DNA from: Torpedo marmorata
Taxonomy: Eukaryota
DNA length: 64,000 nt
Reading direction: 5' to 3'
Assembly (NCBI GenBank): GCA_977017645.1
Contig: OZ360246.1
Span: 19,282,001 to 19,346,000 of the forward strand
A model generated the notes under the pieces. The model was not told the origin of the DNA and did no database searches. It worked only from the letters and a program-made list of their open reading frames with translations. The translations under genes were made by a program, and so were the position numbers. This document shows positions 1 through 14,950 of the stretch, piece by piece; the stretch's first letter is position 1; the number at the start of each line of letters is the position of its first letter.

Positions 1-2186
1 CCCAGGCAGTGCATGTAGCAACTTAACACAACTTGTATTTACTTTGTCTCTGCAGAGCAAAATATCCTGAGATGATGCACAGGTATATTTTATATTGTTA
101 GGATATGTTGAGAAAGATTCCAAAGGTCTTTGTCAAACGAGTCGATTTTAAGGAGCATTTTTCAGGGATGTATCTTTAAAGGAAGAAAACCAGGCAGAAA
201 GGTTTAGTGAGGGTTTACTCGGATTTTATTCCTGGCAGCTGCAAGCACATATGCCAAAAACGCAGCAATTAAATTCAGGGCTGAGCAAGAGGCCAGAAGC
301 AGAGTGGCCCTGGAGGATTGTAGGGCTGGGGAAGATTGCAGCAGTCTGCCTGTGGCATTGGTTGGATGTACAATCAAGGAAGAGAATTTTAAAATTCAAG
401 CTTTACTTAACTGAGACCAACGAAATAATGAGTGAATGGGACAATGTTTACATGAAGGCTGAATTAGAATGGCTTGAGAGAGTGAAGATCAGAGATAATA
501 AAGGCTTTGATGTTTCACCAGCAACCCCAGTGCGGCCGGACAGTTCTCCAGTTGTGGTAAGTTTCCAGATCATTAGTGGTCCAGTGCAGTCTCCTCGTTC
601 TTCCACTACCACCACATGTAAATTTGCCCCTCACCATCGCAACCAATTATTTTCTGGTTACCACCTACAGGAAGGATGGGATTGCACTGGAGGGTGTGCA
701 GAGAAGATTTAGGATGTTGCCTGGATTTGAGTACTTCATTTATGGGAAGAGATTGGATAGGCCGGCCTTGTTTTTCCACTGGAGTAAACGAGGCTGAGGA
801 ATAACCTTTTCTTTTTCAATATTTTTATTAGATTTTTATATAAGAATACATATAAAAAAAGATTGATGCATAACAATGATACAACTGTAATTTTGTTTTA
901 CATTATGCAACACTATTAATTCAAAGATAAAATAGAAAAGAAAGGAAGAATAATAAAAATAATTTTATAATCCAAACCCCAAACCATTCCAAAGTTGCAT
1001 GGCTAATATAAAGTAAAAAAAAAAAGAAACGCAAATCCATGAGAATCACAGATAACTTAATTACCATTACCATTAAAGGTTATGAAAATAATTCAAAAAG
1101 GAGCCCCAAAGATTTGAACATTTTAAATTTAAAACACTTGTTGAACATCTAATTTTCTCCAAAGTTAAATATGACATCAAATCATGTAACCATTGATTAT
1201 GAGTGGGCGAGACAGCATCTTTCCATCTGATCAAAATAACATGTCTTGCAATAAGAGAGGCAAAGGCTAATATATGACATTGAGATGAAGACAATTTCAC
1301 TACCTTCTGTTCCACCATCCCAAACAAGGCTATTAAAGGATCTGGTGTTAGGTTTATATTAATAATTATTGATAAAGTACGGAAGACCTCTTTCCAATAT
1401 TTGACAAGGGTCGAACAAGACCAGAACATATGAATTAGTGAACCATCCTCATTCCTGCATCTGTCACAATAAGAGCTAATATTAGGATAAATACGAGCTA
1501 ATTTAACTTTTGACATATAAGCTCTATGCACAACTTTAAATTGTAGTAATGAGTGACGGGCACATAGAGATGATGTGTTAACCAATTTAAAAATAGAGTT
1601 CCAAGAATCTTCAGGAATTGAAATATGGAGATCCTGCTCCCATGTCTTTTTAATTTTATCCAATGAAGCTTGCCTTGATTTCAGCAAAGCGTCATATACA
1701 AAAGATAACCTTTTCTGAGATGGTTGTAGATTGTAAATTGTTTCTATCAAATTCATAACAGGAGTTTGAAAAAGGCTTGATAGTTGAGAATGGAGAAAGT
1801 CCCTAATCTGCAAGTACCTAAAAAAATGAGAATTTGGTAAATTAAATTTGGTACAGAGTTGCTCAAATGTAGCAAGATTATTATCAATAAATAAATAAAT
1901 CATAAAAACATTTAATACCTAATCTGAACCATTCCTGAAAGGCAGAGTCCATCAAAGAAGGTTGAAAAAAGTAATTTGATAGAATAGGTCTAAAAAGAAG
2001 AAACCTTTGGAGTCCAAAATGTTTTCTAAACTGGAACCAAATCCTAATCGTGTGTTTGACCACTAGATTATCAATCTTTTTACCAATAGGAAAAGGCAAA
2101 AATGCTCCAAGTATTGAAACAATAGAAAATTTCTGAGTCGAATTCAAGTTAACCCAAGCTGGGCCATCCGTTTTATTATCATAATA

Positions 2187-4248
2187 CAGGTGCCTAACCT
2201 TTTATCCGAAATTCCGAAAACCGAACATTTTTTCCAGTATATTTTCAGGTGTTTAGCTTTTTAAAAAAAAATATTTTATTTAAAATTTTAAATCACAAAA
2301 TACATAAAATAAAATATGAAATTATCAAAATATTTGTGATACATTTTCACCCCCCCTCCCACCCTCCCCACCCCACTAATCTAATAAAAATAAAAAATAT
2401 AATAAAAATAGAGAAAGAAAAAAAAAAGAAAAAGATAGAGTAAGGAGGATGCCAATCTAAAAAACATACATCTATAAACTAATTCTATTGTGGAGGTCAG
2501 GTATGCCAGTAGATCCGATACCCAGAGATCTTCAAATCCTTAAACCAACAACTTTCATATATGGGCTCCAAATTTTTAAGAAAAAATGATATTTATTACG
2601 TAAATTATAAGTAATTTTTTCAAGTGGTATACACAAACGAAGTTCTGCATGCCATCTTTCTAATCCTAAATCTAAATCAGATTTCCAAGTAATAGCAATA
2701 CATTTCTTTGAAACAGCTAAAGCAATTCGCAAAAATTCTATTTGATACATGCTTAATTTCACCTTAATACTAAATTTTCTAATATCTCCAAACAAAAATA
2801 TCATAGGATCCATTGGAACTTTCTTCTTTATTACGTCTAAAACATAAACCTGATAATGTCGGATTAAATTTCTTTAGTTTTTTAGGTGTTAAATATAATT
2901 GATGAAAAAAATTATATTGTACTAATCTATATCTAACATTAATAATCTTCGACATACTTAATTTACATAATTCTTTCCAGTGATTCTCATCTATTGTTAC
3001 ATTCAAATCTAATTCCCATTTTAATCTTGATTTATGAATTCCTACTTTAGAAGTTTTCCTCTGAAACAATTTATACATTTGAGAAATAAATTTATTTACA
3101 TCTCCTTTAGTAACTAATCATTCTAATTCATTCTGTCTTGGTAAAATCAAACTATAACCTAATTTCTCAATCAGAAATGCTCTAATTTGATAATAAGCAA
3201 AAAGTGTATTATCTAATATATTAAATTTATCCTTCATTCTTTGAAAAGTAATGATTTTCCCAGCTTCAAAACAGTCATTAATTTTCCTAATTCCTTTTTG
3301 AAACCAAATTTTAAATAATTGATTATTAATAGTAAATGGTATAAGTCCATTTTGATATAAAGGCATCCTTGGAGAAATCATTGTTCTTCCCCCTATTTCC
3401 TTATCCGTCTTATTCCATATTTCTAACAAATGTTTCAAAATATGAAAATTTTTATTTCTTGTTGATATTAATTTAGAATCCCATTTATAAATAACTTCTT
3501 CTTTGGAATCTTCTTCTATATTATTTAATTCTATTTTAATCCAAGCAGAAGATTTAATTTGATCAAAAAGTTCATGAACAAATTTTAATTGAGCTGCTTT
3601 ACAATAATTTTGGAAATTAGGAAGTTGTAAACCACCCATTTCAAAATTCCAAGTTAATTTTTCTATACCTACTCTTGCTAATTTTCCTTTCCATAAAAGT
3701 TTTCTAATAATTGAATTTAAATCTCTAAAAATTTTTGGAGGAACTTCATAAGGAATTGATTGGAAAAGATATTGAATTCTTGGAAAAATATTCATTTTAA
3801 TACAATTTACCCTTCCCATTAAAGTTATAGGAAAATCTTTCCAATTTTCTAAATCCTTTTTTATTTTCACAAATAATGGTAAATAATTTAATTTATATAA
3901 ATTATCCAATTTTGTATCAATCTTTATTTGGTGTTTATCTTAATTTGAGCCAGTTAATGTTTGAATTTTTACTTTATGTTTTACTTTAAAAAAAAAGTAC
4001 GCTAGTAATTTTATGGTCTATCTTTATCTCACTTAATTTACCACTCCCCCGTCCAGCGCTGCCGCAACCCTCCAACGCCGCTGTCCAGAAACCCTTCTAG
4101 TTGGAGTGTGTCTTTGTTTTGCGTGAATCTGAAGCAACGCAATTATTTAAAAGTACCGCTGTTAAAATAATACTATAGTCCGAAAAAAAATCACAAATTC
4201 CGAAAAGTGTCCGGTCCCAAGGTTTTCGGATAAAAGGTTAGGCACCTG
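2187..4248. mobile_element. Tc1/mariner-pogo-type MITE (TA TSD) containing a nested L1
   Basis: TIR CAGGTGCCTAACCTTTTATCCGAAA at both ends; TA at 2185-2186 and 4249-4250. Confidence 0.88.
2260..3929 (-). mobile_element. Second, AT-rich L1-clade LINE 3' fragment nested in the MITE
   Basis: ORF2 C-terminal peptides (GRVNCIKMNIFPR, GGLQLPNF, LEKITY); 12-bp TSD GGTGTTTA(G/T)CTT at 2248-2259 and 3930-3941. Confidence 0.85.
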
Positions 4249-5697
4249 TATAACCAAAATATAATGTAACGAATATTAACAGCCCATTAATAGAATCTAA
4301 GATTAGGTAGAGCCAAAACTCCATTCTTTTTGAGATTTTGGAGATAAACTTTATTTAAACGAGGACATTTATTTTTCCAAATATATGATGATATAATAGA
4401 ATCAAGTGAGCCAAAAAAAGATTTAGGAACAAAAATTGGAATAGCTTGAAAAATATATAAAAATTTGGGTAAAATATTCATCTTAATAACATTAATTCGT
4501 CCGATTAAGGACATCGAAAGAGGAGACCACTGAGATAAAAATTTCTTCACCTGATTTAACAGAGCAAAGAAATTTTCCTTAAACAAATGTTTGTGATTCT
4601 TAGTAATTGTTAAACCAAGGTATGTAAATTGGCTTTTTAGCAATCTTAAAAGGAAAAGCAGTGTGTAAAGGGTCTGAAGTGTTCAAAAAAATAGTTAACT
4701 CTTTTGTAAATTTAATTTGTATCCTGAAAATTGACCAAATTGATGAAGTAATGTTAATATAGCAGGAATTGAAGAGTTAGGATCAGATACAAAAAGCAAA
4801 AGGTCATCAGCATAAAGAGAAACTTTATGGATCGATCCTCCCCTAAAAATTCCAAAAATATTCTGAGATTCTCTAAAGGCAATAGCCAAGGGTTCTAAAG
4901 CCAAATTAAACTACAAGGGACTGAGAGGACAACCCTGTCTGGTCCCACGATAAAGTTTAAAAGGTTTAGATTGCAAAGAATTGGTAAGAATAGAAGCAAC
5001 AGGGGATAAGTATAATAACTTAATCCATAAAATAAATGTGGGACCAAAATTAAACCTTTCTAATATTGCAAATAAATATTCCCATTCATCTTTGTCAAAG
5101 GCTTTTTCAGCATCTAAAGAGATAACGCATATCGACGAAGAAACGGGAGGGGAATATGTAATGAATAAACAGCGAATATTAAAACGTGAATAACGGTTTT
5201 TAATAAAACCCGTCTGGTCCTCAGAAATAATAAGAGGCAAAATATTTTCCAATCTTCTGGCCAAGATTTTCGACAAAATTTTAACATCGACATTTAAAAT
5301 AGAAATGGGCCTGTAGGAGGCGCAAGCTGACAAATCTTTATTCTTTTTTGGGATAAGAGAGATCGTTGCATCGTAAAAAAGTAGTTGGCAAATTCCCAGA
5401 TTTAAAAGAGTCAGAAAATACTAAGCATAAATAGGGTACCAGTAAGTGGGGAAAATGTTTTATAGAACTCAACTGGAAAGCCATCAGGGCCTGGTGCTTT
5501 GCCAGATTGTAATGATTTAATAACCATTGTTAGCTCTTCCTGTGAAATATGTTTTTCTAACTGTAATTGTGTATCTAAAGAAAGAGTGGGTATTGTCAAA
5601 TTGTCCAGAAAATTTGTCATAGGAGTTCAATTAATGGGAAAGCCAGATTTATAAAGATTGGAATAATACTGTCTAAACGTATCATTAATTTCTACAT

Positions 5698-6821
5698 AAG
5701 TAAACACGAAAATCTGTAGACACCGTGGTTAGAGTAAAAAACACAAAAGCTGGAGAACTCAGCAGGTCAAACAGTGTCTTTTATGTAGCAAAGGAAGAAA
5801 TACATAACCGACGTTTCGGGCTTGAGCCCTTCTTCAAAGTATGAGAAAATGCCGGCAGACATCCGAACAAAGGAGTGAGGGGGGAAGGGGGGGGGTGGCA
5901 AAGGCAGGAGATGATAGGTGGAGAAAGGAGGGAGGGGACAGCAGCAAAGAGGGGGAGGAGGGGTGGCTGGGTAGCTAGAGGAAACCAGGAAGGACAGGTG
6001 AGGGGGGAGGGGAAGGGAACAACAAACAGGTTTAGTGGAAAGCAGAAAAGTCAATGTTAATTCCATCTGGCTGGAGAGTGCCGAGACGGAATATGAGATG
6101 TTGTTCCTCCAATTTGCGGGTAGTAAGGGTGGGATGGTACATGAGGCCATGGACAGACATGTGAGTGTGGGAGTGTGACCCAGAATTGAAATGGTTGGCC
6201 ACTGGGAGGTCGCTGTTGTTGCGAACCGAGCGGAGGTGCTGAGCGAAGCGATCTCCCAATCTGCGACCGGTCTCTCCAATGTATAGAAGGCCACAAAGGG
6301 AGCACCGGATGCAGTAAATAAGTCCTCTGGATGTACAAGTGAAGTGTTGCTTCACTTGGAAGGCCTGTTTGGGGCCCTGGACCGTGGTGAGGGGGGAGGT
6401 GTGCGCGCAGGTGTTGCACCTCCTGCGGGCGCAGGGGAAGGTTCCGGGGGTGCGATGGGTGGGGAGGGACGAGTGCACGAGTGAATCACGGAGGGAGCGG
6501 TCCCTACGGAAGGCCGAGAGGGGAGGAGAAGGAAAAATGTGTCTGGTGGTGGGATCCTGCAGCAAGTGCCGGAAATTCCGGCGGATAATGTGTTGGATGC
6601 GGAGGCTGGTGGGGTGGTAGGTGAGGATGAGGGGTATTCTATGTTTGTTGTGTCTGGGGGCAGAGGGGGCCAGGGCAGATGAGCGGGAAATGGAGGAGAT
6701 GCGGGTGAGGGCTGAGTTGATGGTGGTGGAGGGGAAGCCACGTTTGTGGAAAAAGGCAGACATTTCAGAAGATCTGGAGTGGAACACCTCATCTTGGGAA
6801 CAGATGCGGCGAAGGCGGAGA
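5698..6821 (-). mobile_element. Penelope-like element 3' fragment (GIY-YIG endonuclease plus 3' terminus)
   Basis: LIYCIRCSLCGLLYIGETGRRLGDRFAQH; TSD AATTTCTACAT at 5687-5697 and 6822-6832. Confidence 0.9.
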
Positions 6822-7428
6822 AATTTCTACATGGTCAGTGGTAATACTACCATCCTCTTTGTGAATCTCCGTAATAAGACATTTAGCAGCTAAGCCTTTT
6901 AGCTGATTTGCCAAGAGTTTACCCGGCTTATCACCGTGAATGTAAAATTGACTCTTGCTTTTCAAAAGCTGTGTTTCGATAGGATAAGTCAAAAGCAAGT
7001 CATACTTAGTTTTAAGCTCAAGCCGTTTTTTAAATATCGCTGAGGAATAACCTGACAGAACAACACACGATTAGGAGGGATGGAGAGATGAGGAAGATAG
7101 TCAACATCTTTTTTTCCATGGCAGGGGTGTCAGAACCAAAGGGGCATAGGTTTAAGGTGAGAGGAAGGAGTTTTAAAGGGGATGTGAGGGATGTTTTTTT
7201 CCTTAGAGTGGTTGATATATGTGACGTGCTGTAGGAGAAAGTGGTGGAATCAGATACAATTACAATATTTAAGGGACATTTAGCCAGACCCTTAAGCAGG
7301 GAAGGCCTAGATAAATGTGGTCCCGAGGCTTATTTGAAAAAAAGATTATTGTCGCCTCTCTTTAACTGACTTGGTGTCCAATTAAAGAAAATATTTCTGC
7401 AAAGCACTTGCATTGAGTCGTAAAATAA

Positions 7429-7644
<216 letters not shown>

Positions 7645-8090
7645 TAAATAGAACTTTCGGGAATTATTTATGCATTTTTAAAAAACTGTTGAAACTATTC
7701 TATGAAATTTGCTGCTGTATTACTGGGAGTTATACCGGGTGAGTAACTCAGAGATTCTCATCCGTGTGGAATTGCATTGGATAATTTCAGCAAATTGGCA
7801 CCTGCTTTGGTTTTACCACCCCGAGAGATTTTGTAACACCATTTGTAAAAGGGAACCTGGCAGCTCTGCCCCACAGGTAACTCCTGCTCCGCAGTTCTCC
7901 GTCACCCCTCCTGCTTTCGGACATGGAACAGTTAATGACGGACAGGTGGTGTCTGACTAACGTCACCCACTCCTCCAGATCCCTGAAAACAAGTATATTT
8001 ATAAAAGGTCACTTTAACTGGACCTGGCCATTTGATCGTCTTTTGACTAGAATGGGATTAGAGAGGTTGTGTATGAAAGAGGCTGTATAT

Positions 8091-8310
8091 GGCGGCACGG
8101 TTAGCGTAACGCTGTTACAGCGCCAGCAACCCATGTTCGAATCCAGCACTGTCTGTAAGGAGTTTATACGTTCTCCCCGTGTCTCTGTGGGTATCCTCTG
8201 GGTGCTCCGGTTTCCTCCCACCCTTCAAAACGTATGGGGGTTGTGGGCCAAAAGGGCCTGTTACCGTGCAGTATGCCTAAATTTAAAAAAAAAATTAAAT
8301 TTTAAAATGT
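8091..8310 (+). mobile_element. tRNA-derived V-SINE/HE1-like SINE
   Basis: tRNA-like head with B-box gttcgaatcc, conserved core, CR1-like 3' tail, AT-rich end. Confidence 0.8.
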
Positions 8311-8684
8311 AAAAAAATTAAATAAAAATTGGTGAGCATTTCAATGCAAAAATACTAGAAAAAGAACTTGTGAGTAAAAGTCACCATGAAGTTGCAGGAT
8401 TCTCAAAATTTGAAGTGGTTTCTTTTGGATCTTTAACTATCTGGGCTAGATAATACTTAGTTGTCACCTGAATTGGCTGAACAATCCATCAGTTATGTGA
8501 AACTGAACCAGAAATTCAGGAAATATCCAACCATCATCTGCTCAGAGATGCCCAACATATACTGGTCTTGCCACTTTATACCCATGTTGTATTAATCATT
8601 ATTTTAAAAATCTAGCGGTAAAACCTGACCCCTCCCCACGCACCTTGCAAGGTTGGTCTCTCACTGCCAACCTGGCTGCAGTAG

Positions 8685-9305
<621 letters not shown>

Positions 9306-9797
9306 TAGCCCCACCTTTCCATCTTGGGTTGATATTTTCTTATCTTGGATGTGGATGGTGAAGTTACCTGCAGGGATTTGGTTAATGTGCTGGGATTAGG
9401 TTGGAAGCTGGTTTTCAGCTGGTATAGATGTGATGGGCTCAATGGCCCTCCTGATTTCATTATTTTCGATCATTCATATCCTTCTATACGTTAGTGTAGC
9501 AACTGATTGGAAAACCTCAGGTCTTAGATAAGTGGCTGAGATGAGGAGAAGTCATTTTCAGGTGTGGTGATTCAGTTGACGTCACTTGCTGCTGTGGTGA
9601 AAGGTCTCTGTGCTTGGAGTAAAGATCACAAAGGGTAGGTTTAAATGTTGAGATTTTCCTGCTCATTTAAGCACCAATCTTGGCAATGGAGCAGAAGACA
9701 AACAGAAAAAAAAAATGCCTGAGTAAATGATGCAGTTGTAGAGAAAGGGGAGAATAACCAACAATAATTGAGTGCTATGAGCCATGCCAGTTACAGT

Positions 9798-10151
9798 CAA
9801 TGTTCCCTCTAATTTTTAGTCGTCAGTGTGCGCAAAAATCGTATGTTGTGCAAATTTTTTTCCTGTGACAAAAGTGTGTGCGCACTTAATGCAAATGTAA
9901 ACTTGAAATTGTTTGAAGATAATTTTGGCACAGCCTATCTCTCATGGCTAATAAAACTGTATTGGCATGTTTTGATATAATACAAGTATGAATACAAGTT
10001 AACAGAAACAGTTAGCTAAGAGATTATTTTCAATAAGTATAATTATTAATTACTACATTATTTTAGGTAATTAACCTTTTGTGCGCACATTAATTTCCTG
10101 TGCGCTGGTTGCAAAACGAGTGCGCGCGCACACAGCTTAGAGGGAACAGTG
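9798..10151. mobile_element. Non-autonomous hAT element
   Basis: TIR CA(A/C)TGTTCCCTCTAA; perfect 8-bp TSD GTTACAGT at 9790-9797 and 10152-10159. Confidence 0.88.
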
Positions 10152-10208
10152 GTTACAGTACAGATTGGTAATTCTAAGGAGCGCACTGCGATACAGAGAT
10201 AAAGGTGA

Positions 10209-10490
<282 letters not shown>

Positions 10491-10786
10491 TAAAGAAACT
10501 ATCAAATGACAGCAGGGAGAGGGGGAGCCCTGCAGACTTGATCCCTGCTTTTGATGAATGTGTCTCCAGTGCTCATTGAATGGTGCTGGCGGATTAGAAA
10601 GGATGCAAGGTCAAATTAGTTGAGAAATTGTGGTTTCAAGTTCAGCTCAAGTGTTCGCGTGCAACCTTGTTTCTTATTTGAAATTTAGTCTACATGTTCA
10701 AACAAAAATGTAATATTAAATGGATCTTGGATTTCCTAAAGTACTTCAAAGGCATTTAAATATGGTTTTCATTGCAATGCAAGTTA

Positions 10787-11578
10787 CTGTATATACTTGT
10801 GTAATAGTCGATCCTTTTTTGGTCCAAAAATCGCGTATTTGTAATGGCACTGATTTACCACAGCTTACAAGCAAATAAAGAATACCCTCACTCTTTTCTT
10901 TCAGCACACCACGAAGTCGACTTTCTTTTTTTTTTATTCCCTAGACACAACATTGCATTCTTCAACTCCCCAAGCACCACCCACCTAAATGCTGACCTTC
11001 TCATTGGCTCACTCTCCTCCTGCATCTGAGATTCATCACCCGTATAATGCGCTTAACACACCCGCGCATGCGCGCTATTACCACCGCGCGTTGCATCGCT
11101 TACATCATCAGCGGCGGCTGGCACCGCTCCCGACACTGGTAAGTACACGACCGCGACATATTTTCCGTATATCGTGTGTAAAAGTAGACCCCCCCCCCCC
11201 ATTTTTGGCCCTGACCGCAAACCCTCGCCTCGGCTGCCCGCTCATTTGAGATCCCGACGCCCCGACTGCAGATACGTGTTCTAGCCGCCCGCCCACCGGA
11301 GCTCCTGACGCCACAACCGCAAACCCTTGCCTCGGCTACCCGCCCATCCGAGCTCCCGACGCCCTAACCACAGATCCTCGCCCCGGCTGCCACCCATCTG
11401 AGCTCCCAACACCTCGAATGCGAACTTACCACCCAGCCCTGGCCATCCGAGCTCCCAATGCCTTGAATGCCGCAAGTGCTTACCCTGGTCAAAAGTAGTA
11501 TCCATGTAAAAGTCGACCACCCAAATTTGACCTGAAAAATTGGTCCCCAAAACTCGACTACTACACGAGTATTTACGG
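10787..11578. mobile_element. pogo-type MITE with internal GC-rich tandem repeats
   Basis: Imperfect TIR C(T/C)GTA(T/A)ATACT(T/C)GTGTA(A/G)TAGTCGA; TA flanks. Confidence 0.75.
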
Positions 11579-11616
11579 TATTTGTTTTCTCTGACATGTA
11601 TCTCAGAAATCCTTTG

Positions 11617-11835
11617 GGGCGGTACAGTTAGTGAGATGCTATTACCGCACCAGCGACCCGGGTTCGAATCCGGCGCTGTATGTAAGGAGTTTGTACGTTC
11701 TCCCTGTGTCTGCGTGGGTTTCCTCCCACCCTTCAAAACATACGGGGGGTTGTAGGTTAATTGGGCGGCACGGGCTGGTGGGCCAGAAGGACCTTTTACT
11801 GTGCTATATGTCTAAATTTTAATTAAATTTTTAAA
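11617..11835 (+). mobile_element. V-SINE/HE1-like SINE
   Basis: Same family as the copy at 8091. Confidence 0.8.
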
Positions 11836-12087
11836 AAAAGGAAGAAATATTTAAATTTTTAATGAGAATTAAATTTCATTGGATAGAATGAGTGGGAATT
11901 GCAGTTATGCACCTCAACAGATAAATGAATACATTTCACTAGATGAAAAGTGATCGGTGGTGTGGGTATGAATGTCCAGGATTAATCACACGTATAGGTT
12001 TTGGTTTCAGCTTCTTGTTTCAAAATGAATCTTTCATGGATGATTTTTGTAGTGCAGCTGATCTATTGATAGCCTTGCAATATTTAG

Positions 12088-12369
<282 letters not shown>

Positions 12370-12466
12370 TAGTCTGTGACTCAAGATTGGACCAAACTGT
12401 TGATGGGCAGGATATTTGTTCAGTTTATTAAATGATATGCAAATAACCATTGTTGTTTACAAACAT

Positions 12467-12705
12467 GGGCGGCACGGTTAGCGCCATGCTGTTACAGCGC
12501 CAGGGATTCGAATCCTGCGTTGTCTGTAAGGAGTTTGTACATTCTCCCCGTGTCTGCGTGGGTTTTCACCGGGGGCTTCAGTTTCCTTCTACACTTCAAA
12601 ACGTACCAGGGGTTGTAGGTCAATTGGGTGTAATTGGGCAGCAAGGGCTCATGGGCTGAAAGGGCCTGTTACCGTGCTGTGTCTAAATTTAAATTAAAAA
12701 ATTTA
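12467..12705 (+). mobile_element. V-SINE/HE1-like SINE
   Basis: Same family. Confidence 0.8.
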
Positions 12706-13014
12706 ATGAATTAAAAGCTGGTAATGGTGGCAGTGGCCATGAAGCTACCAGAGCCCCATCAAAAACCCGTCTGATTTACATTTAAATGTGACCACATTGT
12801 TGATTCACTAACTTAGCTGATGAAATGTTATATTGAGGCTTCCTCTGGTGTGATAACAGGGAATCATCCCCCAAACACGACACTGAAATAGGTGATTTGA
12901 AAAACGAGATAGAAAAATCTTTTCCTTTTGTTCCATTCAATCTTAAACCCACTTTGGTCATAATTACAGTGGAATGTAACAGGGTTTTTTCTGCCCTGAA
13001 TTGGCCTTGGGTTC

Positions 13015-14050
13015 TTAGAGCCATACAGTATGGCAACAGGCCCTTCGGCCCAACTCCTATGCTGACCAAGTTACCCACCTGAGCAAGTTACATTTGCCTG
13101 CATTCCATTTCTATAAACCTTTAAACCTTTTCTATCCATGTACATTAAAATTTCTGTTATCTGGAATTCAAGCAACCAGCAGCCCCAAGCAACTGGCAAA
13201 AAAAATTGAGGAAAATAAATAGGTAAAAAATACAGAAGTTTAGAATTGGTGCGCCTCGCTGTTAGTTCGCTAATCCACGCAACACACAATCTCAAGCAAC
13301 CGTAAAATTCACTTATCCGGCATCTACCAATCCCCATAGGTGCCGGATACCAGGGGTTTTACGGTACATCTCTAAATGTCTTTTAAACATTGTAATTGTC
13401 CTCGAGCAGCTCATTCACACAAGTTACCTCTCAGGTCCCCTTTTAAATTTCCCTCCTCTCACTTTAAATCTCTCCCCTCTAGTTTTAGACTTCCCTAACC
13501 TGAGAAAAGGTTGTGATGATTTATCCATGGTTTCCTGATTGTATATACCTCTACAAGGTCACCATTCAACTTCCTATGCCCCAGGAGAAGCATGCCTCCA
13601 CCTGTCCAGACTCTCCCTGTAACTCAAGCCCTCCAGTCTCAATAACATCCTTGTGAATCTTTTCTGTACCCTAAGATGTCCTTCCTCTGGGTAGGTGACC
13701 AGAACTGCACACAGTACTTCACATGCAGTCTCACCAATGCCTTGTGCAGTTGTAACTTGATGTTCCAACTTTTGTACAATGTTCTAGCCGATGAAGGCAA
13801 GTGTGCCGAATGTTGCTTCACTACCCTGTCTACCTTGTGGCTTCTTTCAAGGAACTATGGACCTGTACCCCCAGGTCTCTCTGTTCCACCACACTCCCCA
13901 GGGCCCTGCCAGTCACCGTTCAAGCCCTGCCTTGGTGTAACTTCCCAAAATGCAACACTTTGTACTTGCCCGAGTTGAATCCCGTCTGGCATTCCTTGGA
14001 CACTTCCTTGGTTTGTTCAGATCCTGTTGTAATTTCAGGTGACCTTTGAT
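13015..14050 (-). mobile_element. CR1-type LINE 3' fragment, degenerate, interrupted by a MITE at 13143-13364
   Basis: LVRLHVKYCVQFWSP and VQKRFTRML peptides; 3' stem-loop ggccgaagggcc; the MITE has imperfect TIRs and TA flanks. Confidence 0.8.
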
Positions 14051-14080
14051 CTTGTCCACCATGTCACCACGTGACGGGAA

Positions 14081-14370
14081 GAGTGGGGGGGGGGAGGAGA
14101 CTGTGGTGGTGGGGTGGGTGGGGATGGGAAGACTGGAGGGGATGGAGGGGGGGGATGGGGAGACTGGCGGGGGATGAGGAAACTGGTGGGGGTGATGGGG
14201 AGACGGGCGGGGGAGAAAACGGGAAGACTGGGGGGTGGGGAGGGAGGGGATGGGGAGTGTGGCGGGGGGTCGAGGTGGTGTGGGGAGACTGGTGGGGGGA
14301 GACTGGTGGGAGAGCGTGGGGGTGGGGGATGATGGGGAGCCTGGTTTGGGGTGGGGGGGGGGTTGGTGGA
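14081..14370 (+). repeat. G-rich low-complexity tract (gggagactgg-like units)
   Basis: Dense G-runs directly visible. Confidence 0.8.
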
Positions 14371-14452
14371 CGGGTTCCCTCTATTGCAGTGCAGTGCTAA
14401 GGATGGCTGATCCGTCATGTCCCTGTGTCTGTCCCCCCTTTCTCTTTTGCAG

Positions 14453-14539
14453 AGTGGCAGGATGACCTGTCGGACAACCAGTCCGAATACTCTGTGGGGT
14501 CGGAGGATGAGGATGAAGACTTTGAAGAGAAGCTGGAGG
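14453..14539 (+). CDS. CHD5: CHD5 coding exon ([29 protein letters not shown])
   Basis: Manual translation; polypyrimidine tract plus AG, gtgaga donor; phase 1-1. Confidence 0.9.
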
Positions 14540-14623
14540 GTGAGAGTTTAGCCATGGCTCCCTTTTGTAATTTAGGGCCATAATTTAACCTTGACATTGT
14601 GAGCTCGGTCTCCAGAAGTTTGA

Positions 14624-14791
<168 letters not shown>

Positions 14792-14950
14792 TGAGGCAGG
14801 ATTTCGATGCAGGGTAAAGCTTTCTCTACGATGTCACCTCAAACGCTGCTGGGGAAGATAAAGAGGGTTTAATATTGTATGAAGTAAAAAATAAAGCTGG
14901 TGAAACTCAGCAGGTCAAACAGTGTACTTTATGTAGCAAAGATAAAGATA

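Larger units (their letters stand above)
806..7050 (-). mobile_element. L1-clade LINE, 5'-truncated and degenerate ORF2 (RT plus C-terminal Cys-rich domain), interrupted by a MITE and a Penelope element
   Basis: Peptides KAPGPDGFP, YRPISILNVD, SLDAEKAFD, GTRQGCPLSPL, LYADDLL, CDRC..HMFWSC; frame resumes across both insertions; ends approximate. Confidence 0.88.

Noticed and set aside
56-82. 27-nt AG...GT-flanked micro-exon candidate
   Set aside because: No CHD similarity, and it has a stop in the phase the next exon needs
251-797. ORFs 251-712 and 576-797
   Set aside because: Degenerate LINE-derived sequence (LEGVQRRFRMLPG is CR1-like); no gene structure
8091-8150. tRNA gene candidates at SINE heads
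   Set aside because: Each continues into the SINE core and tail, so they are SINE 5' regions
9562-9634. Candidate cassette exon (GVVIQLTSLAAVV...)
   Set aside because: Donor phase does not match the next exon and there is no similarity to CHD5
14035-14465. Pro-rich and Gly-rich ORFs
   Set aside because: Artefacts of the G-rich low-complexity tract
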